Below, one piece after another: positions 49,795 to 60,788 of a DNA stretch of 64,000 bases. The notes beneath the pieces are model-generated. The model saw nothing but the letters and a program-made list of their open reading frames with translations. It was not told the origin of the DNA and searched no databases. A program made the translations under genes and the position numbers. Source of the stretch: Thermoplasmatota archaeon (GTDB lineage: Archaea > Thermoplasmatota > E2 > DHVEG-1 > B18-G2); assembly GCA_029259115.1 (NCBI GenBank), contig JAPDJO010000029.1, positions 32,001 to 96,000 on the forward strand, written 5' to 3'. Each line of letters starts with the position of its first letter. Within the stretch, counting starts at the first letter, position 1.

Positions 49795-50769
49795 TCAGGC
49801 TCTACATCTTATTATTACGAATATTAGAACTATTATTAGTACGATAATTACTAAGGCTTCTATGAAAGCTAGATCAAATCCGGGAAATATTGATTTTGGT
49901 TCTCCCTTGACTCTGAGATTAATATCTAGATCTAGACTCTCTCCTTTTAAATTCTTGTAATCCTTCGCGTAGTAGGATAACTCCAAAGGTATAGAGTACT
50001 TTTCGTCTATCTTTTTGTCATATCTCTTTATTTCTACTTTTAATTTTACTGTTTTAGATTTCCCAGGCCCTATATCTATGGATTTAGCCTCACTTAGATC
50101 TAAAAGAACAAGATCTGGCAATTCCTCAGTGGTATCTATACTTGCTATGATTTCCATGTTACCATTGTTCGTTATCTCGATTGGTATTTCTTTTTCTTCA
50201 CCAGGAGAAAGTTCTAATCTGAAGAAGTTTTCATTGACCTCAACATCTGGATAAAATCCCGGCTTTATCTTTATCTCGCATTTGGCTTCAGATGAATTTA
50301 TATTTCCATTGTCCAGAGCTTTCGCTCCTATTACTATCTTTCCTTCCTTGTAGCCTGGAGCATCTTTTGATGTCACCTTTATTGTTACACCAACCTCCAG
50401 TGTAACATTTCCACCAAAGATAGACGTTAAAGGCATCTCAGCAGATAAATTCTCTTTTTCAAGTTGCACATCACACCACTTGGGCTTACTCATAACTTCC
50501 AGATTTATTTTCGTGGGAGATGGCGTCAGGAATAGATACCCAGATGGTATTGAAAATCTGCTGTAACTATAGACAATGGTTAGATTCGTCTTGACCTCTC
50601 TGTTGAGAGATAGGTTCTCAAAATAGCTCTGATCGGGCTTTATAGATATCTCAGATGTTGCTTTGAAGAGTCTCAATCTTGCCGAAGATTCTTGGGGCAC
50701 AACAAGGAATGCTAGTATGACTATAGATATGATACCCAAAGATGCGAAAGTTCTTTGAAGCGGGTTCAT
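49795..50769 (-). CDS. Secreted Ig-like protein with C-terminal membrane anchor
   Basis: Signal peptide, beta-rich ITNNGN modules, PGF followed by TM and basic tail. Confidence 0.65.
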   Translation of the reverse strand: MNPLQRTFASLGIISIVILAFLVVPQESSARLRLFKATSEISIKPDQSYFENLSLNREVKTNLTIVYSYSRFSIPSGYLFLTPSPTKINLEVMSKPKWCDVQLEKENLSAEMPLTSIFGGNVTLEVGVTIKVTSKDAPGYKEGKIVIGAKALDNGNINSSEAKCEIKIKPGFYPDVEVNENFFRLELSPGEEKEIPIEITNNGNMEIIASIDTTEELPDLVLLDLSEAKSIDIGPGKSKTVKLKVEIKRYDKKIDEKYSIPLELSYYAKDYKNLKGESLDLDINLRVKGEPKSIFPGFDLAFIEALVIIVLIIVLIFVIIRCRA

Positions 50770-50907
50770 GGTTATCGATTTAATTATAATCTTAATTATA
50801 TAAAAATTTTGTCGTTCAAATATTGTAAAGGATTGTTACAAATACAGAAAATATGAGGATCATTATCACTATTATAACGGCTAACTTGATCAGAATTTCC
50901 TTTGATT

Positions 50908-53586
50908 TCATTTTTCTTTCACTGGTATAGCTATGATGTTATTATCAACGCTTATGATGTCAACTTTCTTACCTTGTATAGAGTATGAAAACTCAAACTT
51001 CAAATCCTCTTTGGAAATTTCAAATCCTTCTACACTCGTTTTTCCTTCCTTTTCCAGTCTCATATAGATCTCGTTGGGATCTATCTCTTCTAATAACCTG
51101 TAAATCTCCTTTGCTTTTTCTCTATACTTTTTACCTATAGATGCATATACGGGTTTTAGAGACACGACTTTCCTTTCTATTTTTGCTACATCTGAGGAGA
51201 TCTCGAGATTCTTGATATTCAATGTAGCTTTGATATCTTCTTCACACGCCTCTAGAATATCTAACCTATTTGAGAATATTTTCACATTTTCCATAGGAGC
51301 ATTCAGTGCTATTCCTTTCTCTCCTTTCCACCTCCTCAGAGAAGCTATCACATTCTTTACAAGTTCTCCATCTACCTCGGCTTTTTCATCTATCATTATC
51401 TCTGTAGGCCAATCAGATATATGTATGCTCTCTTTCCCCTCCTTATCCTTGTAATACCTGTGATATATCTCTTCGGTTATATGAGGAAAGAAAGGCGCAA
51501 ACATCTTTGCGATTCCTAAACCTAAGTGATAAAGAGTATAGGTTATGCTATCCTTATACTTACCCTGATATAGGAGATTTTTCACCATCTCTATATAATG
51601 ATCGGCTAACTCATGCCACAAGAAATATTCTACTTCCTTCATAGTTTGGGAGAAATTGAAGTTATCCATAAGTTCGGTGCATCTCCTGACGAGTTTGCTA
51701 TATTTTGTTAGGATCCATCTGTCCATCAATCTTATCCTCTCTGGCCTATCAGGAATTTTATCTGGTAAGAATTGAGAGATGAATTTTTCGACATTCCACA
51801 ACTTTTTAAGTAACCTTGTTCCCCTTACCACATCCTTCTTTCTAAATGGATTGTCTTCACCTAGAGAACAACTCGCAGCATAGCATCTAAATGCATCCGT
51901 GCCAAACTCCTCTATTATTTCTAAGGGATCTATAACATTTCCTAAGCTAGCGTGCATTGGGGTGCCGTCTTCAGATAGTATAAAACCCCCCATCATTATG
52001 TTCTCAAAAGGTTTCTCACCAGTGAGTAGGGTGCATCTCAATATTGTGTAGAATGCCCATGTCCTTATTATATCGTGAGCTTGTGGTCTTAGGCTCATTG
52101 GATAGAGTTTCTTGAACAGTTTTTCGTCTCTATACCAAAATGTGTTATATAATGGAGATATAGAAGAATCCATCCAAGTATCAAATACTTCTTCACTTCC
52201 TTTGAGTTTGCCACCACATTTGGGGCATTTCTCTACAGGTGGAGGATCTCTAGTTGGATCAACATAGCAGTCTTCCTTTCTAGCTAAAATGATCTCCCCA
52301 CAGTTCTGGCATTCCCATATAGGTATAGGAGTTGCAAAGTATCTTTGTCTCGAAATCACCCAATCCCATTCCAGAGAGTTTACCCATTCCTCCAATCTTT
52401 TCTTCATGAATTCAGGATACCATTTTATATCGTTACTAGTCTTAAGTACAAGATCTTTGAATGGTAGTGTCTTCAAGAACCACTGTTTTGTTAGTATAAA
52501 TTCAACAGGTGTTTTGCATCTCCAGCATACACCAACATTCTGTTTCAGAGGTTCTTTCTTTATGAGATATCCTTCTCTTTCCAAATCTTCTATAATCTTC
52601 TTTCTCGCCTCTTCTATTTTCAAACCCTTGTACTTTCCACATATCTCTGTCATTCTTCCCTCTTCGTCTATGCACATCTCCATTGGTAGCTTATACTTGA
52701 AGACCCATTTCAGATCCTCTTTGTCTCCAATAGTACATATCATTACTATACCTGTACCGAAGTTAGGATCTACGGATTCATCCTCAACGATTTTTACCTC
52801 CTTGTCAAAGAATGGTACCTTCAGGATCTGATCTACGAGCCAAGGGGCTCTCTCATCTTTTGGATGAACAGCTACGATCTGGCAACTTGGAAGCATCTCT
52901 GGTCTCGTTGTTGCAATTTCTACATAGAAGCCTTTCTCATCCCTTCCTATACCATGGTATTTCAATATCTGTTCGGGTTGGTCATTCTTAAAATAAAACT
53001 TTATTGTATTGAGAGATGTCTCTCTCTCGACGTATTGAATTTCTGCATCAGCCATTGCAGTCATACATCTAGGACACCAGTTGACAGGAAATTCTCCTCT
53101 GTAAATCAATCCTTTTTCATACATCTCTATGAATGATATCTGGGTTAACCTCCTGTAATACTCTGCATCCGTCTGATAATATATGGTTGGATCCATGCTC
53201 TCTCCGAGTTTGATATACTGCTCTATCATCTTCTTTATGTTCTTTTCAGCAAACTCTGAGCAGAGCTTTATGAACTTATGCCTATCTATATCTTTTCTAG
53301 TTATACCTAGCTTTCTCTCAACCCTCTCCTCTATAGGTATCCCGTTAACATCAAAACAGAGGGGAAAAAAGACATTGTATCCCTTCATTCTTTTATATCT
53401 GGCAACAAAATCTATGTGAGTATAATGAACCGCATGACCCGCATGTAGAGGACCGGATGCATATCTTGGGGGTACGTCTATACTATAAACAGGTTTATCG
53501 CTCTCGAAATCAAAATGATATATCTTCATCCTCTGCCATTTTTCTTGCCATTTTCTCTCTATCTGTTTCTGATCATAGTCTGTCAT
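50908..53586 (-). CDS. valS: Valyl-tRNA synthetase
   Basis: HAGH (HIGH variant), DWVISRQRYF, DTWMDSS, DIIRTW and PMHAS (KMSKS variant). Confidence 0.94.
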   Translation of the reverse strand: MTDYDQKQIERKWQEKWQRMKIYHFDFESDKPVYSIDVPPRYASGPLHAGHAVHYTHIDFVARYKRMKGYNVFFPLCFDVNGIPIEERVERKLGITRKDIDRHKFIKLCSEFAEKNIKKMIEQYIKLGESMDPTIYYQTDAEYYRRLTQISFIEMYEKGLIYRGEFPVNWCPRCMTAMADAEIQYVERETSLNTIKFYFKNDQPEQILKYHGIGRDEKGFYVEIATTRPEMLPSCQIVAVHPKDERAPWLVDQILKVPFFDKEVKIVEDESVDPNFGTGIVMICTIGDKEDLKWVFKYKLPMEMCIDEEGRMTEICGKYKGLKIEEARKKIIEDLEREGYLIKKEPLKQNVGVCWRCKTPVEFILTKQWFLKTLPFKDLVLKTSNDIKWYPEFMKKRLEEWVNSLEWDWVISRQRYFATPIPIWECQNCGEIILARKEDCYVDPTRDPPPVEKCPKCGGKLKGSEEVFDTWMDSSISPLYNTFWYRDEKLFKKLYPMSLRPQAHDIIRTWAFYTILRCTLLTGEKPFENIMMGGFILSEDGTPMHASLGNVIDPLEIIEEFGTDAFRCYAASCSLGEDNPFRKKDVVRGTRLLKKLWNVEKFISQFLPDKIPDRPERIRLMDRWILTKYSKLVRRCTELMDNFNFSQTMKEVEYFLWHELADHYIEMVKNLLYQGKYKDSITYTLYHLGLGIAKMFAPFFPHITEEIYHRYYKDKEGKESIHISDWPTEIMIDEKAEVDGELVKNVIASLRRWKGEKGIALNAPMENVKIFSNRLDILEACEEDIKATLNIKNLEISSDVAKIERKVVSLKPVYASIGKKYREKAKEIYRLLEEIDPNEIYMRLEKEGKTSVEGFEISKEDLKFEFSYSIQGKKVDIISVDNNIIAIPVKEK

Positions 53587-53651
53587 AACAGGTTCGTTGA
53601 AAGTATTATAACTTATAAAGATTGCTTTTTAAAAATAGTGAGAGATAGGAA

Positions 53652-54038
53652 TTATTGAAGGATTGGTTCTTCAGAATCGACTGGCATTGCTTTGCATATC
53701 GGTCTGGGAAATGTTAACCTGCACCAAATTCCACAATTTGTACAGAAGAAAGTTCCATAGCACTGCGTGAATCTGCATGTTCTACCCATGGTGACCAGCT
53801 CTTCATCACTGTTTGGAAAAGCGAGAGAGATTTCTGCAATCACGTCTTTTTTAGAGGATATAAATTTTGTTTCTATAGTTGGCAATTTTTCGATTTCACC
53901 ACTTACTCTTATCTTGTACAGGGGAGTCTCTGTATTTTTTTCTAGCCTGTTGTATACTGCTAACGATAGTGCAGAAACGGATAGCACAGCCAGCAAAAAC
54001 CCTATAAGAATGTATCTTCCGAACTTCCTCTTTACCAT
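53652..54038 (-). CDS. Exported small protein with Cys-rich C-terminus
   Basis: N-terminal TM/signal segment; six Cys in TCRFTQCYGTFFCTNCGIWC...IC. Confidence 0.55.
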   Translation of the reverse strand: MVKRKFGRYILIGFLLAVLSVSALSLAVYNRLEKNTETPLYKIRVSGEIEKLPTIETKFISSKKDVIAEISLAFPNSDEELVTMGRTCRFTQCYGTFFCTNCGIWCRLTFPRPICKAMPVDSEEPILQ

Positions 54039-54116
54039 GGTATAGATAATATATTGTCAAGATTATAAATTTTACTAAACTTTAAAAGTGGAGTCTGTTT
54101 TCTAGACCCTTAAGAG

Positions 54117-56414
54117 ATGGATGCAAAGGGATTGATTAAAGCGCTAAAAGAGGAGGCAGAGAAATATAATGAGAGGAGGATGGTTGTCCTATCTGGGAGT
54201 AGAGATAGAAGTTACAAGATAATAAAATCGTTTTTGAAAAAATTGGAAGGAAAATCTGTGTTAGTGGCCTATCAGCTGGATCAAGATATAGACATTGAAA
54301 AATATCATCTCAAGGACTGTTCAAAGCTACTTGGAACAACGTATGATTTACTTGTGATAGACCTCTATCACTCATTCCAACCTTCAGATATAGGAAAACT
54401 TTACGGTGTTGTTCGTGGTGGCGGTCTAATTTTTCTTATAGTTCCTCCTCTGGATGAATGGAAGCATATGCTGAACAAATACCACTACAGAATCCTCACA
54501 CCGCCATACACAGAGGATGATGTGAGGAGAAATTTTATTCCATGGTTTGTGAGAAAGCTGGAGGAGCATGAAGGTATAGCTATAGTGGAAGATGGCATTA
54601 TCAAGAAGAAAGGGTTTTTCGAGAGTAAAGTAGAAGAAAAGAAAGATTTGAAGTTTCCAAAGGATCACATCTTTGAAAAAGAGATCTATGAGTATGCATT
54701 GACTCAGGATCAGGTAGATTTCATAAGGTTAATGGAAGAATTGATCGAAAAACCAAATCCTGTAACAGCCATAATATTAAAATCTCATAGAGGGAGGGGA
54801 AAATCCAGCGCGATAGGTATAGCATTGCCAGCGCTAGTAGAAAATTTACTAGAGTTCAAGAGGAGAGTAAGAGTAATAATCACAGCCCCTGAACTAGAGA
54901 ATGCCCAAGAAATATTCAGATTCTCTGAGAAAGTATTGAAGGAGAAAGGTTATGAACTAAGGAAGAGGGATAGAGAAGGATTAATTTTCGATATCTCCTC
55001 AGAGAACTTTACCATAGAATATTTCAAACCAGCAGATGCAATAGAAAGATATGCGGATATTATCATCGTAGATGAAGCCGCATCAATACCTCCAAACCTC
55101 CTTTTATCTCTCCTAGACAGGACAAACCGCATAATCTATTCTTCTACAGTTCACGGATACGAAGGAGCAGGAAGAAGTTTTTCCATAAGATTTTTGCAAA
55201 GATTGAAGAAGAAAAATGTTAAAATCCTCGAGTTTGAGATGACTGAACCTATAAGGTATAGTATAAATGACCCAATAGAAAGATGGGTATTTGATACACT
55301 TTTGCTCGATGCGGAGGCGCCTGACGTAAATGTTGATCGTGTAGATGATTTGGTTTACGAGAAATTAAAGATAGAAGATCTTCTGGAGAATGAAGATAAA
55401 TTGAGAGAATATTTTGGAATTCTTATATTGGCACATTATAAAAATAATCCAAATGATTTTGCCATGCTGTGTGATGCACCGAATCATATTGCCAGAGCTA
55501 TGAGCTATAACGGGAAAATTGTTTGTTCTCTGCAGATTGCGTATGAGGGGAATCTTCGAGACGAGGATTGTAAAAGTGTTTACTATGGAGGCAAAATGAT
55601 CTTAGGTAATGTTATTCCTCAGTTGATGATAAGACATTATAGAGAGATGAAATATGGCAAGTACAGAGGGATGAGGGTTGTCAGAATAGCTGTTCATCCC
55701 GATAATTTTGATAAGGGTATAGGTAGCAAGGCTTTAGAAAATATTTTAAAAGAAGCTGAAGAAGAGAATCTCGATTATGTAGGAGCTAGCTTCGGTGCAA
55801 CCTCTAAGTTAATAAGGTTCTGGCTCAAAAATGGCTTTTTGCCTATGCACATCTCTACGACCAGGAATGACGTGAGTGCGGAATTTTCTGTAACAGTAAT
55901 GAAGCCTCTAAGTAAAGATTTCGAGAAGGAGCTTAAAACATTAAGAAAGAGATTTATGAGAAGATTCATGTACTGGCTATTCGAACCCTTGAGAGATCTC
56001 AACAGCAAGGTTGCTCTGGATATACTCGATTCATATGAAGGTGAAAATATAGATCTCGGATTGGATAAAGAAGAGATAAATAGGTTATTGGCGTATGCAT
56101 TCGATGTTGGTCTAACTTACAGAACTGTAAAGGACTGTATATTCAAGATGAGCTACAACTTCTTCCTAAGTAATAGAAAAAATGTGTTAAGCAGGAGCGA
56201 AAGAATGCTACTTCTGGTAAAAAATATACAATGTAAGAGTTGGGAAAGAACAGCCGAGATTTTAGATACTGATGAAGAAAGATGTAAGATTATGATGAGA
56301 AGGATAGTAGAGAGATTGATATTCGAGTTTTATGGTGATAGGAATGAAGTGCTTGAATTTCAAGAAAAAGTTCAAAGAATCCTTGCTGAAAGGCAGGAAG
56401 ACATCGACTCTTAG
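54117..56414 (+). CDS. tmcA: tRNA/RNA cytidine N4-acetyltransferase (TmcA/Nat10)
   Basis: RGRGKSS, VDEAA, STVHGYEGAGR, AHYKNNPND and RIAVHP...GIGS motifs. Confidence 0.95.
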   Translation: MDAKGLIKALKEEAEKYNERRMVVLSGSRDRSYKIIKSFLKKLEGKSVLVAYQLDQDIDIEKYHLKDCSKLLGTTYDLLVIDLYHSFQPSDIGKLYGVVRGGGLIFLIVPPLDEWKHMLNKYHYRILTPPYTEDDVRRNFIPWFVRKLEEHEGIAIVEDGIIKKKGFFESKVEEKKDLKFPKDHIFEKEIYEYALTQDQVDFIRLMEELIEKPNPVTAIILKSHRGRGKSSAIGIALPALVENLLEFKRRVRVIITAPELENAQEIFRFSEKVLKEKGYELRKRDREGLIFDISSENFTIEYFKPADAIERYADIIIVDEAASIPPNLLLSLLDRTNRIIYSSTVHGYEGAGRSFSIRFLQRLKKKNVKILEFEMTEPIRYSINDPIERWVFDTLLLDAEAPDVNVDRVDDLVYEKLKIEDLLENEDKLREYFGILILAHYKNNPNDFAMLCDAPNHIARAMSYNGKIVCSLQIAYEGNLRDEDCKSVYYGGKMILGNVIPQLMIRHYREMKYGKYRGMRVVRIAVHPDNFDKGIGSKALENILKEAEEENLDYVGASFGATSKLIRFWLKNGFLPMHISTTRNDVSAEFSVTVMKPLSKDFEKELKTLRKRFMRRFMYWLFEPLRDLNSKVALDILDSYEGENIDLGLDKEEINRLLAYAFDVGLTYRTVKDCIFKMSYNFFLSNRKNVLSRSERMLLLVKNIQCKSWERTAEILDTDEERCKIMMRRIVERLIFEFYGDRNEVLEFQEKVQRILAERQEDIDS

Positions 56415-56673
56415 AATGGGTATAAAAGATTACAAAGTTGGAGAAATAGTTAAAGTGCTTGCTGGAGATGAAGAAATAGGTCTAGCCAAAATAAAGGAAG
56501 TAAAACTTGTACAGTGGAAGGATATAGGAAAAAAGGATGTACTGAATGAGGGTATGAAAAGGAAGAAGGATCTTAAGAGGGAACTAAAAAATATATACGG
56601 AGACTTCGATGATGAAAGCGTCTTTACTCAAATCGTGTTTAAAATGCTCAAGGAAAGAAAAAGATGGGATTAG
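56344..56673 (+). CDS. ASCH-domain protein, YqfB (N4-acetylcytidine amidohydrolase)-like
   Basis: F..F...LLKGRKTSTLR (GxKxxTxR), NEG and IY motifs. Overlaps the tmcA 3' end by about 71 nt (ORF track starts at 56332). Confidence 0.85.
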   Translation: MKCLNFKKKFKESLLKGRKTSTLRMGIKDYKVGEIVKVLAGDEEIGLAKIKEVKLVQWKDIGKKDVLNEGMKRKKDLKRELKNIYGDFDDESVFTQIVFKMLKERKRWD

Positions 56674-56734
56674 ATTTATAATTCTTTTTAGCATTCATAA
56701 AATCGGATGGGATGCAAAGAAGGAGGTGTAACTT

Positions 56735-58663
56735 TTGACAAGAGAGATAGCATATGAATTGGCAAAAAAGCAAAGAGAAATTTCGGTTGCAGAATTCTTT
56801 GAGAGAAATAAACACATCTTAGGTTTTGGAAATCCAACGAGAGCTATAGTCACAGCAGTCAAAGAGGCTGTAGACAACTCCTTGGATGCCTGTGAGGATG
56901 CAAGAATACCTCCGGACATAATTGTTGAAATTAGAGAAGGAGAGAGGGAAGGAGAGTATCTCATAGCAGTTGAAGATAACGGTCCAGGAATAGTTGAAAA
57001 ACATATCCCGCCAATATTTGGTAAACTGTTATACGGATCTAGATTCCATGCCATCAGACAAAGTAGAGGTCAACAAGGAATAGGGATATCTGCTGTTGTC
57101 TTGTATGGTCAATTGTCCACAGGAAAACATGCAAAGATTTTATCCAAGATAGGAGAAAATGAGCCAGCGTATCTATACGAGATAGCCATAGATACTCAAA
57201 AAAATGCCCCTGAAATAATAAGGAAGGAAATCATAAATTGGGACAAAAAACACGGAACAAGAGTAGAGATCTGGATTATCGGAGATTTTAGCAGAGGCAG
57301 AAGATTCCTGTATGAGTACCTGCAGAACACTTCCATAGTTAATCCTCACGCTCAAATAACATTCATAGAGCCTTCTGGAGAAAAACATGTATTCGAAAGG
57401 GTTACAGATGAATTACCGAAACCAACAACAGAACTAAAAAAACCCCATCCCCATGGAATAGAGATGGGTACACTTTTGAAGATGCTTAGATCTACAAAGG
57501 CCAGAAAACTCTCAACATTTCTAAAATCTGAATTTGTCTCTATGGGTGAAAGAACCACTCAGGCGGTTTGTAAGAAAGCCGATTTAGATCCTAATCTCGA
57601 TCCAAAAGCTCTAACTAGAGAACAAGCGTCAAGACTCCTAAAAGCATTCAAAGAAGTAAAGATAATGGCTCCACCTACAGATTGCTTATCTCCGATTGGT
57701 GAGCTTTTAATAAAAAGGAGTTTAAAGCATGAAACCAAAGAAATATCCCCAGAATTTATAGTCGCAACAACAAGACCTCCCTCTGTTTATTCTGGTCATC
57801 CGTTCCAAGTTGAGGCGGGTATAGTTTATGGTGGAAATCTTGATAAAGAATCTCCTGTAAAGATCCTGAGATTTGCGAACAGGGTTCCTCTTTTGTATCA
57901 GCAAGGGGATTGTGTAACAACTATCGCGCTTTCGAATATAGATTGGAGAAGATATGGACTTGAACAGAGGGGAGGGAAAGGGATACCAGTTGGACCAGCC
58001 ATATTTTTCATACATGTTGCATCGACAAGTGTTCCCTTCACATCAGAAAGCAAAGAAGCTATAGCAGACATACCAGAGATAGAGAATGAAGTAAAACTTG
58101 CTTTAAGAGAGTGCGCAAGGAAGATGCAGCAGCATATATCAAAGAAAGAAAGAAGAAAGAAAACAAGGGAAAAATTCGTCCTTATAACAAAAATCCTTCC
58201 AGAGATAGCAAAGAAATCCGCTGCTATGCTCAATAAACCTGTTCCTAACATAGATGGAGTTATAACAAAGATAATGGACGTTGTATGGATAGATGATAAG
58301 ATAGAATATGAAAAAGTGAAAAGGCTTCAGACAACTTTAGATGGATTTGATGAATCTAGAGATTATGGATGTATAACTAAAAGCAAGATAACTATTGTTA
58401 ACTATAAGAGGAAACCAATGAAGTTTAATCTGTATGCAATAATCCCTCCAGAAGCCATAGTTGGCTTTGTAAATCCTAAGCCAGAGAAGATCGAGAAAAG
58501 ATATATAAAGTGGAATGTTCCGACTCTGAAACCTACTCAAAAGATTGAACTCTATTTCGAACTTGCTGGCCTAAATGAGGGTGATTTTGACGAGAATGAA
58601 ATCTATGTTGAGGGAATAAATCCTGAGTATGTTATAGGTGCAAATAAATGGGAGGGAGAATGA
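56735..58663 (+). CDS. top6B: DNA topoisomerase VI subunit B
   Basis: [24 protein letters not shown] and RFANRVPL motifs. Confidence 0.96.
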   Translation: MTREIAYELAKKQREISVAEFFERNKHILGFGNPTRAIVTAVKEAVDNSLDACEDARIPPDIIVEIREGEREGEYLIAVEDNGPGIVEKHIPPIFGKLLYGSRFHAIRQSRGQQGIGISAVVLYGQLSTGKHAKILSKIGENEPAYLYEIAIDTQKNAPEIIRKEIINWDKKHGTRVEIWIIGDFSRGRRFLYEYLQNTSIVNPHAQITFIEPSGEKHVFERVTDELPKPTTELKKPHPHGIEMGTLLKMLRSTKARKLSTFLKSEFVSMGERTTQAVCKKADLDPNLDPKALTREQASRLLKAFKEVKIMAPPTDCLSPIGELLIKRSLKHETKEISPEFIVATTRPPSVYSGHPFQVEAGIVYGGNLDKESPVKILRFANRVPLLYQQGDCVTTIALSNIDWRRYGLEQRGGKGIPVGPAIFFIHVASTSVPFTSESKEAIADIPEIENEVKLALRECARKMQQHISKKERRKKTREKFVLITKILPEIAKKSAAMLNKPVPNIDGVITKIMDVVWIDDKIEYEKVKRLQTTLDGFDESRDYGCITKSKITIVNYKRKPMKFNLYAIIPPEAIVGFVNPKPEKIEKRYIKWNVPTLKPTQKIELYFELAGLNEGDFDENEIYVEGINPEYVIGANKWEGE

Positions 58664-58664
58664 T

Positions 58665-59756
58665 ATGAGTAGCGAGGTAGCATTGCAAAAACTTAGCGAG
58701 ATAGCCCTTAAGGTGTATACCGATCTAGAGAATAATGAGATACCAAAGATAACTCTACCAACGAGAGCAAAATCAAATATAAGATTTGACGAAAAATTGA
58801 ACGTCTGGAAATATGGAAAAAACAGAACATCAAGAAGCGCGAAAACCCTCGATGGTGCCTATATGTTACTCAGGACTATGTATGTTGCTGAATTCATTAA
58901 AACAATGATAGAACAGAACAAATCATCTACACTGAGAGAGTTATATTATATATCAGAGGGGTGGGACCTTGCAAAGTTCAACTCCCAACAGGAATCTGAC
59001 AATCTTGCAGAAGATCTGGAAACAATAACAGGTTGCTTAAGAGAAGACTTTAGACTAAGACCGGAAGAAGACGGAGCTAGGATAATTGGTAACATTGTTG
59101 TTGAGGAGAAAACAAGAAGTGGAGAAAAAAGGAGGATACACTGTCAAGATGATGTTGGGGATGCAGGATATTCGATACCGTATAATGTTGAGAAGGAAAA
59201 GATAAGATTTGCTGAGTGTGATGCTGATTTTGTCTTAGCCATAGAGACTGGTGGTATGTTCGACAGATTGGTAGAGAATGGTTTCGATGAGAGTCATAGA
59301 GCGATACTGGTTCACCTTAAAGGACAACCTGCGAGATCTACAAGGAGATTCATAAAGAGGTTAAATGAAGAGCTCAGGTTACCTGTATTCGTATTTACTG
59401 ACTGTGACCCGTGGAGCTACAGAATATACGCAAGCGTAGCATATGGAGCTATCAAAACAGCACACATATCTGAGTACCTAGCAACCCCCTCAGCCCAATT
59501 CTTAGGTGTCGCCCCGTCAGATATAGTTAATTACGATCTTCCAACAGATAAATTAACGAATGAGGACATAAAAGCTCTAAAAAGTGAGCTGACGGATCCG
59601 AGATTTAACACAAGATTTTGGAAAGATGAAATCAATCTGCAGCTAAAATTAGGGAAAAAATCTGAGCAACAGGCTTTGGCCAAGTATGGTCTGGATTACG
59701 TAACAGACGTTTACCTTCCCGAAAAGCTAACTGAATTTGGGGTGCTGAAGAAGTAG
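58665..59756 (+). CDS. top6A: DNA topoisomerase VI subunit A
   Basis: TLRELYY catalytic Tyr, [12 protein letters not shown] and TDCDPW motifs; start at MSSEV. Confidence 0.96.
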   Translation: MSSEVALQKLSEIALKVYTDLENNEIPKITLPTRAKSNIRFDEKLNVWKYGKNRTSRSAKTLDGAYMLLRTMYVAEFIKTMIEQNKSSTLRELYYISEGWDLAKFNSQQESDNLAEDLETITGCLREDFRLRPEEDGARIIGNIVVEEKTRSGEKRRIHCQDDVGDAGYSIPYNVEKEKIRFAECDADFVLAIETGGMFDRLVENGFDESHRAILVHLKGQPARSTRRFIKRLNEELRLPVFVFTDCDPWSYRIYASVAYGAIKTAHISEYLATPSAQFLGVAPSDIVNYDLPTDKLTNEDIKALKSELTDPRFNTRFWKDEINLQLKLGKKSEQQALAKYGLDYVTDVYLPEKLTEFGVLKK

Positions 59757-60203
59757 TTATTTCCAGATTTGCTGAGGTCTAATTACCTGACATCTTATAT
59801 TCACCGCTGTTTTGTCATCAATTTCTATGATTGTCTTAGAGAATACTCCGCCCCTTGCGCCTTCAGGGTATGTAAAGGTGTACAATCTTTTTCCTTTGTA
59901 GAAAACCGGTTTCGGTTTAAGGGCTTCTTCCAGTTTTTTCTTTCTTATCTTAAAATCGAAGTGGAGGAGGATTATCAGAATTATGAAAAAGGCAATAATT
60001 ATGTCTATTATGACACAAAATGTAGAAAAGGAAACTGGTAGAGAATGCACAAAGGTGTAACCTACTTTGAGGTAATATGTGGCAAATATAACAGATAAAA
60101 CGAAGATAACGAGGATGAAAGTGATAACAAGAAGGATCTTTGTAATTAGTTTTCTCTTTGTTTTCATTGCCTCAATCTTCTTTTCTACATCTTTCTTATC
60201 CAT
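59757..60203 (-). CDS. Two-TM hypothetical membrane protein
   Basis: Two hydrophobic helices plus a soluble C-terminus. Confidence 0.6.
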   Translation of the reverse strand: MDKKDVEKKIEAMKTKRKLITKILLVITFILVIFVLSVIFATYYLKVGYTFVHSLPVSFSTFCVIIDIIIAFFIILIILLHFDFKIRKKKLEEALKPKPVFYKGKRLYTFTYPEGARGGVFSKTIIEIDDKTAVNIRCQVIRPQQIWK

Positions 60204-60353
60204 TTCCCTTTATCTGTAAGATTGTTTGATATTAAATGTTTTTCTGTAATTAATATTGTTCAACAATTTATAAAAAATTTACAACAGAAAAATTTAAAAA
60301 GAAAAGATGATTCTCTCTGCTGGAACTATTTAAATCCACAGGGAGGGATCAAG

Positions 60354-60776
60354 ATGGTTTTAGAATACGCAAACCAGGATATGGCAAAGGCTGGCCTTAA
60401 TGCAATAGGCAGGCATCTCCTTGTGGAGATGAAAGGATGCAGTAATCTAAACGATCAAGACATTATCAGAGAGATGCTCAAAGATGCTGTTGATGCATGT
60501 AATGCTACACTAATTGGTGTTGAGGTTCACAAGTTTAATCCATATGGTGTTAGCGGTATCGCCATAATAGGTGAATCTCACCTATCTATACACACATGGC
60601 CCGAATTTGGATATGCTGCGATAGATATATTCACCTGTGGTTCAAGAGTGAATCCTTATGATGCTCTTCCTGTTTTCAAAAAGATCTTGAAACCAAAAGA
60701 GGTTTCTGTAGTGGAAATAAGAAGAGGTTTATTGTCTGATTTGGAAAGTAATAAAGTTTCGTGTGAAAGGAGATAG
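60354..60776 (+). CDS. speD: S-adenosylmethionine decarboxylase proenzyme
   Basis: GRHLL, F.P.GVS, ESHLSIHTWPE (pyruvoyl cleavage site) and DIFTCG; RBS GGAGG before ATG 60354. Confidence 0.9.
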   Translation: MVLEYANQDMAKAGLNAIGRHLLVEMKGCSNLNDQDIIREMLKDAVDACNATLIGVEVHKFNPYGVSGIAIIGESHLSIHTWPEFGYAAIDIFTCGSRVNPYDALPVFKKILKPKEVSVVEIRRGLLSDLESNKVSCERR

Positions 60777-60788
60777 AGGTGTTATTTA

